Shown here: positions 47,732 through 59,046 of the stretch, in pieces
How positions within the stretch are numbered: the first letter of the stretch is position 1
How the letters are laid out: every line of letters begins with the position of its first letter
Origin: Chitinophagaceae bacterium
GTDB taxonomy: Bacteria; Bacteroidota; Bacteroidia; Chitinophagales; Chitinophagaceae
Reading direction: 5' to 3'
NCBI GenBank assembly: GCA_016715365.1
Contig: JADKAM010000012.1
Coordinates: forward strand, 34,785-98,784
DNA: 64,000 nucleotides
Position numbers and translations under genes: made by a program
The notes under the pieces: generated by a model
The model's input: the letters and a program-made list of their open reading frames with translations, nothing else
Told to the model about the DNA's origin: nothing
Database searches by the model: none

Positions 47732-49513
47732 TTACATCCTCTCGGGTACATTAATTCCCAGCAACTGCATACCGCTTTTTAAAACATTTGCAGTTAATAA
47801 AGATATTTTTAAACGAAGCTGTTTTTTATCTTCTGTTTCTGCATTGGCAACAGAAAGCTCAGAGTAAAATGAGTTGAATGTTTTGGCAAGATTGAAAACA
47901 TAGTTGGCAATAACAGAAGGATTATGCTCCTGTGCAGCCTGTTCTATTATGGAACCATATTGCTCAGCAACAACAATAACTTCCTTTTCGGCTTTTAGTA
48001 AGTGATTGGTCATTGAGTCATTTGTCAATGGCGAGTCTGATTGCTTTCTTAAAATACTTTTTATCCTTGCATAGGTGTACTGCACAAACGGTCCGGTAAA
48101 TCCATGAAAGTCGATACTCTCAGCAGGATTGAAAACCATTGTTTTTTTAGGGTCAACCCTTAATAAATAAAATTTCATAGCGCCCAGGCCAATGGTGTTA
48201 TACAATGCAGTAAGTTCTTCTGCAGTAAAATCTTTTACCTTACCCAGTTCCTCGGTATGTTGCTGCGATGTGGTGATCATTTCTTCCACAATATCATCAG
48301 CATCCACCACCGTGCCCTCACGGCTTTTCATTTTGCCGCTGGTCAGTTCTACCATACCGTAACTTAAATGATAAATATTATCCGCATTGGGCATGCCCAG
48401 CTTTTGACAAATTAACTGCAGCACTTTCATGTGGTAGTTCTGCTCGTTGCCAATTACATAAATGCTTTGATCAATCTTGTACTGCTCGTATTTCTGTAAA
48501 GCCAAACCAATATCCTGTGTTATGTATACCGAAGTGCCATCGCTACGCTGTACAATTTTTTCATCTAATCCTTCCGCAGTTAAGTCAATCCAGATGCTGC
48601 TGTCATCTTTTTGATAAAACACTTTTTTATCCATACCCTGCTGCACAATATCTTTTCCCAACAGGTAGGTATTGCTTTCGTAATAGGTCTTGTCAAAGTC
48701 GGCACCAATGCTGTTGTAGGTAACATCAAAACCTGCATATACCCAGCCGTTCATGGTTTTCCAGAGTTCCATCACTTCGGGTTTGCCGTCTTCCCAATCC
48801 AGCAGCATTTGTTGCGTGGCTTTCATGATGGGCGCTTCTTTTTCTGCTTCATCTTTTGTTTTACCTGCGGCAATTAATTCGGCAACCTGCTGCTTATAAA
48901 CATCATTAAATTTTACATAATACTCCCCAACAAGATGATCGCCTTTTACCCCGGTACTTTCAGGTGTAGCACCGTTGCCAAACATTTGCCAGGCGATCAT
49001 GCTCTTGCAAATATGTATACCGCGGTCGTTTACAATGCAGCTTTTCACCACTTCATAACCACTGGCTTTTAAAATTTCAGCCACACTCCATCCTAAAAAA
49101 ATGTTTCTTAAATGCCCAAGGTGTAAAGGCTTGTTGGTATTTGGCGATGCATATTCTACCATCACTTTCTTGCCATTCAACGCTTTTTTTCCGTAGCAGA
49201 TATCGTTATAATTTTTATGCAGCAGATCCTGCCAGTAAGCATCGGCCACAGTAAGGTTTAAAAAGCCTTTAATAATATTGTAAGCCGAAAAGAATTGCGG
49301 ATAGTTTTTTACAAGATGTTCGCCCAGCTGGTTGCCAATAGCATCCGGTGACAGTTTCAACGATTTTACCAGTGAAAACATCACTACGGTATAATCTCCT
49401 TCAAATTCGGGCTTGGTCTGGTTTATCTGAAAATCCTTATCTGTAAAGGATTGATTGTATAAAGCCGATAAACTTTCGATGGTACTTTGCTGTAAAATTT
49501 TCACTATTGACAT
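47732..49513 (-). CDS. argS: Arginine--tRNA ligase
   Basis: VEYASPNTNKPLHLGHLRN (HIGH), KMKSREG, FTGPFVQYTYARI, terminal VPERM. Confidence 0.98.
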   Translation of the reverse strand: MSIVKILQQSTIESLSALYNQSFTDKDFQINQTKPEFEGDYTVVMFSLVKSLKLSPDAIGNQLGEHLVKNYPQFFSAYNIIKGFLNLTVADAYWQDLLHKNYNDICYGKKALNGKKVMVEYASPNTNKPLHLGHLRNIFLGWSVAEILKASGYEVVKSCIVNDRGIHICKSMIAWQMFGNGATPESTGVKGDHLVGEYYVKFNDVYKQQVAELIAAGKTKDEAEKEAPIMKATQQMLLDWEDGKPEVMELWKTMNGWVYAGFDVTYNSIGADFDKTYYESNTYLLGKDIVQQGMDKKVFYQKDDSSIWIDLTAEGLDEKIVQRSDGTSVYITQDIGLALQKYEQYKIDQSIYVIGNEQNYHMKVLQLICQKLGMPNADNIYHLSYGMVELTSGKMKSREGTVVDADDIVEEMITTSQQHTEELGKVKDFTAEELTALYNTIGLGAMKFYLLRVDPKKTMVFNPAESIDFHGFTGPFVQYTYARIKSILRKQSDSPLTNDSMTNHLLKAEKEVIVVAEQYGSIIEQAAQEHNPSVIANYVFNLAKTFNSFYSELSVANAETEDKKQLRLKISLLTANVLKSGMQLLGINVPERM

Positions 49514-49517
49514 GCGG

Positions 49518-51277
<1,760 letters not shown>

Positions 51278-51356
51278 TTAAGAATTAAAAATGAAAAATT
51301 AAAAATGCCTTATACATCAGGCTTTCAATTCTTCATTGTTCATTCTTCATTTTTAA

Positions 51357-51899
51357 TTGTTTTATTTTTCATATTTGCCTAAAGATAAGATCATAGCGTT
51401 CATCGATTTTTTTTACCCGCCGTTCCGTAGGTTTATGCCGGAACAGACTTTTCGTTATGCAGCCTGTGGTGGCGCCAATACTGTATTAGGACTGGCCCTT
51501 TTTAAAATATTACTGGTGTATGTTTTTAAACATGAAAATGTTGAACTGGGATTTTATACTTTAAAGCCACACAACGCCGCCCTCTTCGTTTCCTTTTGTG
51601 TAAACTTTGCGGTTGGTTTTTTGCTGATGCGGTACGTAGTATTTGTAGATTCTAATTTAAGAGGAAGGATACAGCTTTTCAGGTACGGTTTATCATTTGT
51701 GTTTAACCTTGCACTCAACTATTTTATTCTGAAGATATTTGTAGAGATTTTTGGCTGGTGGCCATTCCTAAGCCAGTGTCTCACTACGGTTATTATTGTA
51801 ACTATCAGTTATCTTAGTCAGAAACATTTTAGTTTCAAAACGAAGGCAAATAATGAACAGGGAAGTAATAACGAACAAGGAACAAGGAATACCGAATAA
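51357..51899 (+). CDS. GtrA family membrane protein (start uncertain; C-terminus extended by heptamer repeats)
   Basis: FRYAACGGANT, four TMs, RYVVF, KHFSF. The tail NNEQGSNNEQGTRNTE is encoded by GAACAAG-like repeats. Confidence 0.85.
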   Translation: MFYFSYLPKDKIIAFIDFFYPPFRRFMPEQTFRYAACGGANTVLGLALFKILLVYVFKHENVELGFYTLKPHNAALFVSFCVNFAVGFLLMRYVVFVDSNLRGRIQLFRYGLSFVFNLALNYFILKIFVEIFGWWPFLSQCLTTVIIVTISYLSQKHFSFKTKANNEQGSNNEQGTRNTE

Positions 51900-51926
51900 C
51901 GAAGTTGTATTCCCCACTCCTGACTC

Positions 51927-52265
51927 CTAACTCATAACTCCTGACTGTTTATAGTCTTCCCTCACCGGCGTAAACACATCAATCACCTTACAGGCAGTAA
52001 CAGCTTTAGCACCATGTAATACATTGGAAGCAATAAAGGCGCCCATGCCCGGCAGCAGCATTTGTGTTTCACCATTTAATGTAAATTCCATTTCGCCTTC
52101 TAAAACATAGGTCCATTGTTCATGTGGATGGCTGTGTATGGGCGCAATTACACCGGCTTCAAGTGTTACACATCCAAATGTAGATTGCGTTGAATGTTCC
52201 ATCGCACTTTGTATACCCGGAAATATGGTTGATTTGCTTTTTGTATTGTAGTTGATGAAAGACAT
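51927..52265 (-). CDS. Cupin domain protein
   Basis: PIHSHPHEQWTYVLEG, SNVLHG, IDVFTPVREDY. Confidence 0.92.
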   Translation of the reverse strand: MSFINYNTKSKSTIFPGIQSAMEHSTQSTFGCVTLEAGVIAPIHSHPHEQWTYVLEGEMEFTLNGETQMLLPGMGAFIASNVLHGAKAVTACKVIDVFTPVREDYKQSGVMS

Positions 52266-52440
52266 GAAAGTTGTTTAGTATTTCAAATGTAATGATTGAT
52301 AAGCCGACCGATTAAGCAGTATGCAACTAATAATAGCTTTTAGCATAGCATGTGTCCAGCATCCTGAATCCAGCATCAACAATCCAGTATCTGATATATT
52401 CCCTTGCTTTTCTTAAATTCGTGTATATTTAAAACAAACC

Positions 52441-52617
52441 ATGCATTTTTATTTGTTATACATCGATCCCGGAAGCGGCAGTTATATTCTGCAGATGATC
52501 ATTGCTGCGGTGCTGGGCGTTAGTTTTTTCTTTAAAAGCTTCTGGTATAATATAAAAGCATTTTTTACCGGTAAAAAAGCAAAGAAGGAAGACGAAGAAA
52601 AAGATAAGGTTGAGTAA
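52441..52617 (+). CDS. Unannotated 58-aa single-TM protein with YIDPGSGS motif
   Basis: Hand translation: MHFYLLYIDPGSGSYILQMIIAAVLGVSFFFKSFWYNIKAFFTGKKAKKEDEEKDKVE. Below the ORF-track cutoff; 32 nt upstream of the NoeA-like gene. Confidence 0.85.
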   Translation: MHFYLLYIDPGSGSYILQMIIAAVLGVSFFFKSFWYNIKAFFTGKKAKKEDEEKDKVE

Positions 52618-52649
52618 ATTGTCAACCTTGTTTAATACCTCAATTAATA

Positions 52650-54026
52650 ATGCAAACCAATCCAGCTTCATACAGAGATAACAGCGGTTTTGTTTTTAAG
52701 CAGAATGATAAAGTGTACCGCTATATCTATGCCAACTATGAACCGCATTATCTGCAATTGATGAACAGCGGACTGTATGATGAACTGGTAAAAATCAAAA
52801 AACTGATTCCCCACGAGGAAATTGCTGATAAAGCAAATTTTGATTTTGCTGATGGAAGAATACTCCTGCCAGTGCAGATTCCCTTTATCAGCTATCCCTA
52901 CGAATGGAGTTTTGATATGTGGAAGGATGCTGCCCTGCTTACCCTGCAGATAGCCCTGGTATCTTTAAAAAAAGAAATGATATTGAAAGATGCCACACCT
53001 TTTAATATTCAGTTCATAAATGGTAAACCGGTTTTTATTGATACACTCTCTTTTGAAAATTACGAAGCCGGCAAACCCTGGATCGCTTACCACCAGTTCA
53101 GCGAATGTTTTTTAGCGCCGCTGCTGCTGATGCATTATTGCCACCCCGATACCAATAAATTGTTTACGGTTTATCCCAACGGTATACCCATGGATGTGCT
53201 GGTGCGTTTGTTGCCAAAAAGTTCGAAGTGGAACATGGGTACATTCCTGCATGTGCACCTGCAGGCAAAATTTGCCCAAAGGACCCTGCGGGCTGGTAAG
53301 CAAAAACAACAAATAAAAACCCAAAACAATTTTTCGAGGCAAAAATTAGAATTGTTGTTAAAAGGGCTCGAAAGTTTTGTGCAAAAATTATCACCCAAAA
53401 ATGTAAAAACAACCTGGGATGATTATTATACCGATACGATTTTAGGCGATGATTATCTCGCCGCCAAAACAACATTGGTAAAATCCTTCAGCAATTTTGT
53501 TGATTATAAAAGCGTGATAGACCTCGGTGCCAACGACGGGCATTTCAGCCTGCTTTTTGTCGACAATAAAAATGTAATTGCTACCGATGCGGATAGTAAT
53601 TGCATCAACGATCTCTATCTTAAAATAAGAAAGGAAAGCATCTCCAATATATTGCCGCTGGTAAATGATCTTACCACGCCTTCACCAGCTATTGGCTGGG
53701 CCAATACAGAACGGGAATCTATCACCACAAGATTAAAAGCCGATATGGTTCTTGCCCTGGCATTGGTACATCACCTGGCCATTGCTAAAAATATTCCTTT
53801 ACATTTTATTGCTGATTGGTTGCGCCCCATGGGGGAGCACCTTATCATTGAATTTGTACCCAAGGATGATGAAAAAGTAAAACTGCTTTTGCAGAACCGT
53901 AAAGATATTTTTGATAATTACAGCCTGGAGAATTTCAGATCCATCTTCGCCGGGAAATATAAAATAGTGAGAGAAGAAAAAGTGGGCAATACCAACCGCA
54001 TTTTATTTTTAATGACACGCAAATAA
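52650..54026 (+). CDS. NoeA-like protein: kinase-like N-terminal domain plus class I SAM methyltransferase
   Basis: SYRDNSGFV, ISYPYEW, LKDATPFNI (catalytic-loop-like), FIDTLSF (DFG-like), VIDLGANDG (SAM motif I), LALVHHL. Confidence 0.78.
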   Translation: MQTNPASYRDNSGFVFKQNDKVYRYIYANYEPHYLQLMNSGLYDELVKIKKLIPHEEIADKANFDFADGRILLPVQIPFISYPYEWSFDMWKDAALLTLQIALVSLKKEMILKDATPFNIQFINGKPVFIDTLSFENYEAGKPWIAYHQFSECFLAPLLLMHYCHPDTNKLFTVYPNGIPMDVLVRLLPKSSKWNMGTFLHVHLQAKFAQRTLRAGKQKQQIKTQNNFSRQKLELLLKGLESFVQKLSPKNVKTTWDDYYTDTILGDDYLAAKTTLVKSFSNFVDYKSVIDLGANDGHFSLLFVDNKNVIATDADSNCINDLYLKIRKESISNILPLVNDLTTPSPAIGWANTERESITTRLKADMVLALALVHHLAIAKNIPLHFIADWLRPMGEHLIIEFVPKDDEKVKLLLQNRKDIFDNYSLENFRSIFAGKYKIVREEKVGNTNRILFLMTRK

Positions 54027-55522
54027 TGGACCTGCTTAAAAAAATACCTTTCTTTTTATTGTTACTGGCTGTGTTCTTTTGCCTGCACGGCAGTGTAGAG
54101 AACTATGGTTACCTCAATGTGTACGAAGTGATGGAAGTGGGCGGCATCATCATTGTATGTTTAGCTGTATCCTTTGGCTTAATATGGCTCATTACTAAAG
54201 ATCACTTCTTCGCAGCATTACTCACATTTTTTATAGCGCTCTGGTATTTATTCTTTGGTGCCATACACGATCTGATAAAAACAACTTCATTCTTACAGTT
54301 CCTGCAATCTTATACGGTGTTGCTGCAGGTATTACTGGTTGTAAACATCCTTGTTGCCTGGTGGTTAAAAAGAAGTAAACAGCTTTATCAAAAACTGTTT
54401 CTTTACCTGAATGTGCTTTTCATTATATTTTGTGTGTCGGATATTGTTTTGCTGGTTAGCAAAGCTGCCACTTATAAAGAGATTGCTTATCCCAATCCGG
54501 TTGCATTCGATCAGTCTAAAGTAACAGCAAAACCCAATGTTTATTTTTTGCTGTTTGATGAATACGCCGGATACAAAAGCCTGAACGATAGTTTTCATTA
54601 TAAGAACGACAGCTTTTACAATTTTTTAAAGCAGGAAAAGTTTGAGGTGTTGCCCACATTTTCCAATTACGATTTTACGCCCTTCAGCATGTCGTCTATT
54701 TTAAACATGCAGTATGTGCCGGAAAATTATAATCGCAATCAGCTTACACAGCCCGATGTACAGCACCGCTTTGGTGAAATCCGCAATGCACAGGTGCCTG
54801 CCATTTTTAAATCGATGGGGTACAGCATTGTAAATAATTCCATCTTCGATATTAAAGGCCACCCGGCACTGTATCAGTCAAACGGATTATTTCCCATTCA
54901 TGCAGAACTGCTCACCAATAAAATATTTCACAACCGCCTTTTAAAAAATATAGGCTGGTGGCTTGTTACCGGCAGGTTTACCATCAATTTTTTAAAGGAG
55001 CATTACATGTACCGCAAAGATGCCTACAATCGCCAGGTAGAAAAAAGACTGCTGGAGGCTGCAGCAACACCTGCAATAAAACCCAGGTTCTGGTATGCTC
55101 ATTTTTTACTGCCGCACGGGCAGTTTTACCGCGATAGTTCCGGGGCTTTGAATTCTGCAGAAAAAATACTCAACCTTAAATACCTGGCCGATAAATCCCT
55201 GTACCTTTCTTATTTAAAATACAGCAACAATATTATTAAGGAGCTGGTAATAAAGATCAACACCAACGATCCGAATGCCATCGTCATCATCATGAGCGAC
55301 CACGGTTTTTACGATTACGATAATCCCGGCGATTACAACCCGTATAATTGTGATAATATCTGCTTTGTAAAAGCGCCCAATAATAACCCGCTGTTTTATA
55401 ATACACAGCTCAGCAATGTCAACGTCTTGCGCCACCTGTTTAATAACCAGTTTGGGCAAAACCTGGCTTATGTAAAAGACAGCACGGTATATGTTATTGA
55501 AGACCCGGCTGTGCTGCGGTAA
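54026..55522 (+). CDS. Membrane sulfatase/alkaline-phosphatase-superfamily transferase (NoeB-like)
   Basis: Five N-terminal TMs, KPNVYFLLFDEY, SNYDFTPFS, YAHFLLPH, IIMSDHG. Overlaps the upstream stop by 1 nt. Confidence 0.8.
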   Translation: MDLLKKIPFFLLLLAVFFCLHGSVENYGYLNVYEVMEVGGIIIVCLAVSFGLIWLITKDHFFAALLTFFIALWYLFFGAIHDLIKTTSFLQFLQSYTVLLQVLLVVNILVAWWLKRSKQLYQKLFLYLNVLFIIFCVSDIVLLVSKAATYKEIAYPNPVAFDQSKVTAKPNVYFLLFDEYAGYKSLNDSFHYKNDSFYNFLKQEKFEVLPTFSNYDFTPFSMSSILNMQYVPENYNRNQLTQPDVQHRFGEIRNAQVPAIFKSMGYSIVNNSIFDIKGHPALYQSNGLFPIHAELLTNKIFHNRLLKNIGWWLVTGRFTINFLKEHYMYRKDAYNRQVEKRLLEAAATPAIKPRFWYAHFLLPHGQFYRDSSGALNSAEKILNLKYLADKSLYLSYLKYSNNIIKELVIKINTNDPNAIVIIMSDHGFYDYDNPGDYNPYNCDNICFVKAPNNNPLFYNTQLSNVNVLRHLFNNQFGQNLAYVKDSTVYVIEDPAVLR

Positions 55523-55557
55523 ACCGCTGCATCTTCAATGTAGGATGGTGGAATGGA

Positions 55558-55696
55558 AACACGGTTGACGCAGATTTTGACGGATGTACACAGGATTATA
55601 TTGCTTCGTAGGATATGGGATTGTTTGAGTACCCAGATTTTTCTGCAAAACAGAAAGAATCCGTGTCCATCTGCCCAATCCGCGTAATCCGTGTTC
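55558..55696. repeat. ACACGG/ATCCGTGT-type 10/11-mer inverted repeat upstream of dnaK
   Basis: acacggttgacgcagattttgacggatgtacacaggat ... atccgtgtccatctgcccaatccgcgtaatccgtgtt. Confidence 0.7.
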
Positions 55697-55727
55697 TATC
55701 CCTGCCAAAATTGCACAAATCCCCAAA

Positions 55728-55743
55728 TGGCATAATCATTGCC
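55728..55743 (+). promoter_or_regulatory. Putative sigma-54 (-24/-12) promoter of dnaK
   Basis: TGGCATAATCATTGC: GG-N10-GC with TGGCA and TTGC as in the RpoN consensus; 32 nt before the ATG. Confidence 0.65.
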
Positions 55744-55774
55744 AAATACCTCTTGAACAACAAAAATTTATATC

Positions 55775-57682
55775 ATGGGAAAGATAATAGGAATTGACTT
55801 AGGAACCACCAACAGCTGCGTTTCTGTAATGGAAGGCAACGAGCCGGTGGTTATTGCAAACGAAGAAGGACGCCGTACAACCCCGTCGGTAGTGGCTTTT
55901 CTTAAAAATGGCGAGCGTAAAGTGGGCGATCCTGCCAAACGCCAGGCCATTACCAACAGCCACAATACCATCAGCAGCGTAAAGCGTTTTATGGGCCGCA
56001 GGTTTGATGAAGTAACCGAAGAAATAAGCCATTGGAGCTATAAAGTGGTAAAAGGTGACAATAATACCGTGCGTATTGACATAGATGGCAGACAATATAC
56101 GCCACAGGAAATCAGTGCCATGGTGCTGCAGAAAATGAAGAAAACGGCCGAAGATTACCTGGGTGCCGAAGTAACCGATGCGGTAATTACCGTGCCTGCT
56201 TACTTTAACGATGCCCAGCGCCAGGCAACCAAAGAAGCCGGTGAAATTGCCGGTTTAAACGTTCGCCGTGTGGTAAACGAACCAACCGCAGCCGCTTTGG
56301 CTTATGGACTGGATAAGGGCGGCAAAGACCATAAAATTGCTGTGTTTGACCTGGGTGGTGGTACATTCGATATCTCGGTTTTGGAACTGGGCGATGGTGT
56401 ATTTGAAGTAAAAAGTACCAATGGTGATACCCACCTTGGTGGTGATGATTTTGATAAAGTAATTATGGATTGGCTGGCCGACGAATTTAAAGCCGATGAA
56501 GCCATCGACCTGCGTAAGGACCCAATGGCTTTACAGCGTTTAAAAGAAGCAGCAGAAAAGGCAAAGGTGGAACTGTCTTCTTCAACAGAAACAGAAATTA
56601 ACCTGCCTTATGTAACAGCGGTTGATGGTGTGCCTAAACACTTAGTGAAAAAATTAACCCGTGCAAAATTTGAAGCATTGGCCGATAAATTATTTGAGCG
56701 TTGCTTGGTACCTTGCGAAAAAGCATTGAAAGATGCCGGTATGCAAACCTCAGAAATTGAGGAAGTAATTATGGTAGGTGGCAGCAGCCGCATACCTAAA
56801 GTGCTTGAACTGGTTGAAAAATTCTTTGGCAAAAAACCAAACCGTGGTGTAAACCCCGATGAGGTGGTAGCCATTGGTGCAGCCATACAGGGTGCGGTCT
56901 TAAGCGGCGATATTAAAGATGTATTGTTGCTGGATGTTACACCACTTAGCCTGGGTATTGAAACCATGGGCGGTGTAATGACAAGACTGATCGACAGCAA
57001 CACCACCATCCCAACAAAAAAATCTGAAGTGTTCTCAACCGCCAGCGATAACCAGCCCGGTGTGCAGATACATGTATTGCAGGGCGAGCGCCCCATGAGC
57101 AGCCAGAACAAAAGCCTGGGTACTTTTAATTTAGATGGCATACCGCCTGCACCACGTGGTGTACCGCAGGTAGAAGTGATATTTGATATTGATGCCAACG
57201 GGATCTTACACGTTACCGCCAAAGACAAGGGCACCGGTAAAGAACAAAAGATACGCATTGAAAGCGGCAGCGGCTTAAGCAAGGAAGAAATTGAAAAGAT
57301 GAAGAACGATGCCAAGGCCAATGAAGAAAGTGATAAGGCAGAAAGGGAAAAAGTTGATAAGGTTAACCAGGCCGACAGCCTGATATTTCAGACAGAAAAA
57401 CAACTGAAGGAATACGGCGACAAGATACCTGCCGATAAAAAAGGCGCTATTGACAGCTCTTTAACCAAATTAAAAGAAGCACACAAAGCACAGGACCTGG
57501 CAGCCATTGATACGGCCATGGCCGAAATGAATGCCGCCTGGACCGCAGCCAGTGAAGATATGTATAAAGCTACGCAGGAAGCTGGTGGTGCACAACCTGG
57601 CGCTGAAGCCGGTGGTGCTGAACCAGAGCCACAGGGCAGTGAGAGTAAAGTGGAGGATGTGCCTTTTGAGGAAGTGAAGTAA
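55775..57682 (+). CDS. dnaK: Molecular chaperone DnaK
   Basis: [43 protein letters not shown]. Confidence 0.99.
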   Translation: MGKIIGIDLGTTNSCVSVMEGNEPVVIANEEGRRTTPSVVAFLKNGERKVGDPAKRQAITNSHNTISSVKRFMGRRFDEVTEEISHWSYKVVKGDNNTVRIDIDGRQYTPQEISAMVLQKMKKTAEDYLGAEVTDAVITVPAYFNDAQRQATKEAGEIAGLNVRRVVNEPTAAALAYGLDKGGKDHKIAVFDLGGGTFDISVLELGDGVFEVKSTNGDTHLGGDDFDKVIMDWLADEFKADEAIDLRKDPMALQRLKEAAEKAKVELSSSTETEINLPYVTAVDGVPKHLVKKLTRAKFEALADKLFERCLVPCEKALKDAGMQTSEIEEVIMVGGSSRIPKVLELVEKFFGKKPNRGVNPDEVVAIGAAIQGAVLSGDIKDVLLLDVTPLSLGIETMGGVMTRLIDSNTTIPTKKSEVFSTASDNQPGVQIHVLQGERPMSSQNKSLGTFNLDGIPPAPRGVPQVEVIFDIDANGILHVTAKDKGTGKEQKIRIESGSGLSKEEIEKMKNDAKANEESDKAEREKVDKVNQADSLIFQTEKQLKEYGDKIPADKKGAIDSSLTKLKEAHKAQDLAAIDTAMAEMNAAWTAASEDMYKATQEAGGAQPGAEAGGAEPEPQGSESKVEDVPFEEVK

Positions 57683-57696
57683 AGAACGGAATGTCA

Positions 57697-57715
57697 TCCT
57701 GAGCTTGTCGAAGGA
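57697..57715. repeat. TCCTGAGCTTGTCGAAGGA REP-like unit after dnaK
   Basis: Same family as 27963-27984, 59590-59609, 63200-63219 and, reversed and degenerate, 18571-18591. Confidence 0.7.
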
Positions 57716-57739
57716 TTAGTTAGAATATCTTATTTTATG

Positions 57740-57779
57740 AAGCCAGACTTACTTAATTGTAGGTGCTGGCTTTTTATTT
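57740..57779 (+). terminator. dnaK terminator
   Basis: AAGCCAG(ac)TTAC-ttaatt-GTAG(gtg)CTGGCTTTTT. Confidence 0.75.
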
Positions 57780-57813
57780 AAAAAACTATTTGGTAGCAAT
57801 AAAATTAACCGAC

Positions 57814-58646
57814 ATGAAAATATTTATAAGTTGGTCTGGTGAGAGAAGCCACAAAGTTGCAGAACTGTTGAATAATATGGGTCCAGTGTGTTTTGCAAGC
57901 AGTAAATCCGTGGCTATCTAGTAAGGATATTGATAAAGGATCTTTATGGTTTTCTGAGATTACTACTCAATTGGCTAATACACATAATGGGATTGTTTGT
58001 CTTACAAAAGCGAATGCAAATAATCCATGGGTATTATTTGAAGCAGGGGCTTTAGCAAAAGGCTTATCATCTAATCGAGTTTTTACTTTATTAATTGATT
58101 TAGTACCCAACGATGTTAAAGATCCTCTTGCTCAGTTTAATCATACTTCACCCACTAAAAGCGGAATTTATCAGCTTATAAGAACAATTAATAATGGTTT
58201 AGAGGAGCAAGCTTTAACCGAAAATATTTTATCAAATGTATTTGAAACTTATGCCACAATTTGAAAAAGAGTTTAAAGAAATACTTAATTCTACACCTTC
58301 AGAGGAAGTTACTATAGAAAGACCTAAAGATGAATTACTAGATGAAATATTATATTCTGTAAGAGGGATTGATAAAAGGCTTAGAAAAATTGAAGAACCA
58401 GGGTATTTGAATCCTTATCGTATTCAGTTTATGGGAGGAGGGGGAGCACGTCTGGCATCTCACTTGAGGCCAATTGAAGATCTAAATCTTAGTGTCAGGG
58501 CTTTTAATGTTTTAAAAATTAATAGAATTAACACTATTGAAGAATTAATGCTTACAGATTTGGAGCTTTTAGAAAATTGTGGAACTAAATCGAAGGAAGA
58601 ACTTAAGATAATGATTGAAAAAATAAGGAATAATGATTGGTCATAA
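57814..58646 (+). pseudogene. TIR-domain protein fused to an RNA polymerase alpha-CTD-like domain; two frameshifts (~57875 and ~58248)
   Basis: ATG 57814 MKIFISWSGERSHKVAELL; next frame W(V)QCVLQAVNPWLSSKDIDKG...WVLFEAGAL; third frame PQFEKEFKEI...RPIEDLNLSVRAFNVLKINRINTIEEL...CGTKSKEEL. Confidence 0.82.
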
Positions 58647-58674
58647 AATATCAGCTTCGACGCTGGTGCCCCCA

Positions 58675-58741
58675 CTTCGCCGCTGTTGGCATTACGTAAG
58701 CTCACTCTCGCCGTTGTTGCGCCTCTGGCTAACAACGATTG
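58675..58741. repeat. 67-nt hairpin element, copy 1
   Basis: 62/67 identical to 58971-59037; contains the bulged hairpin CGTTGTTG(c)GCC-tct-GGC(t)AACAACG. Confidence 0.9.
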
Positions 58742-58750
58742 GCTTGGTTG

Positions 58751-58970
58751 TTATTTACTAAAAGTCATTTGACTCCTATTTTTTTGGCAACCGTTTTAAA
58801 AAGCTCCCAGCCTTTACTACCGTTGTAATAAATTATCCTTTTATTTTCTTTTGCAGAACGGGTATAGCCAAAATCATCAATTTGTATGAGGCCATAAATT
58901 CCTGATATTGTAACAGTATTTCCTTTTATAATTGCTGTTAATCGGCATTGCCCAGGAATATTTGAAAACT
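58751..58970 (-). pseudogene. 5'-truncated paralog of the 59047-59460 gene
   Basis: EFSNIPGQCRLTAIIKG...YYNGSKGWELFKTVA aligns with the 3' half of the neighbour. It starts abruptly at the 67-nt element and has a 1-nt deletion near its end. Confidence 0.85.
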
Positions 58971-59037
58971 CTTCGCCGTTGTTGGCATTACGTAAGCCCA
59001 CTCTCGCCGTTGTTGTGCCTCCGGCCAACAACGATTG
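58971..59037. repeat. 67-nt hairpin element, copy 2
   Basis: See copy 1. Confidence 0.9.
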
Positions 59038-59046
59038 AGCTGTTAG

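Noticed and set aside
56608-57321. 237-aa ORF antisense to dnaK (also 57470-57697, 55799-56095)
   Set aside because: Long antisense ORFs opposite hsp70 genes are a known by-product of codon bias; there is no start context or motif.
58460-58735. ORF MLARGATTARV..., and the N-terminus of 58765-59031
   Set aside because: Read-through of the 67-nt element, antisense to the alpha-CTD region; not independent genes.
58675-59037. 67-nt repeats as a CRISPR array
   Set aside because: Only two copies, too long, the 'spacer' is a 229-nt gene fragment, and there are no cas genes.
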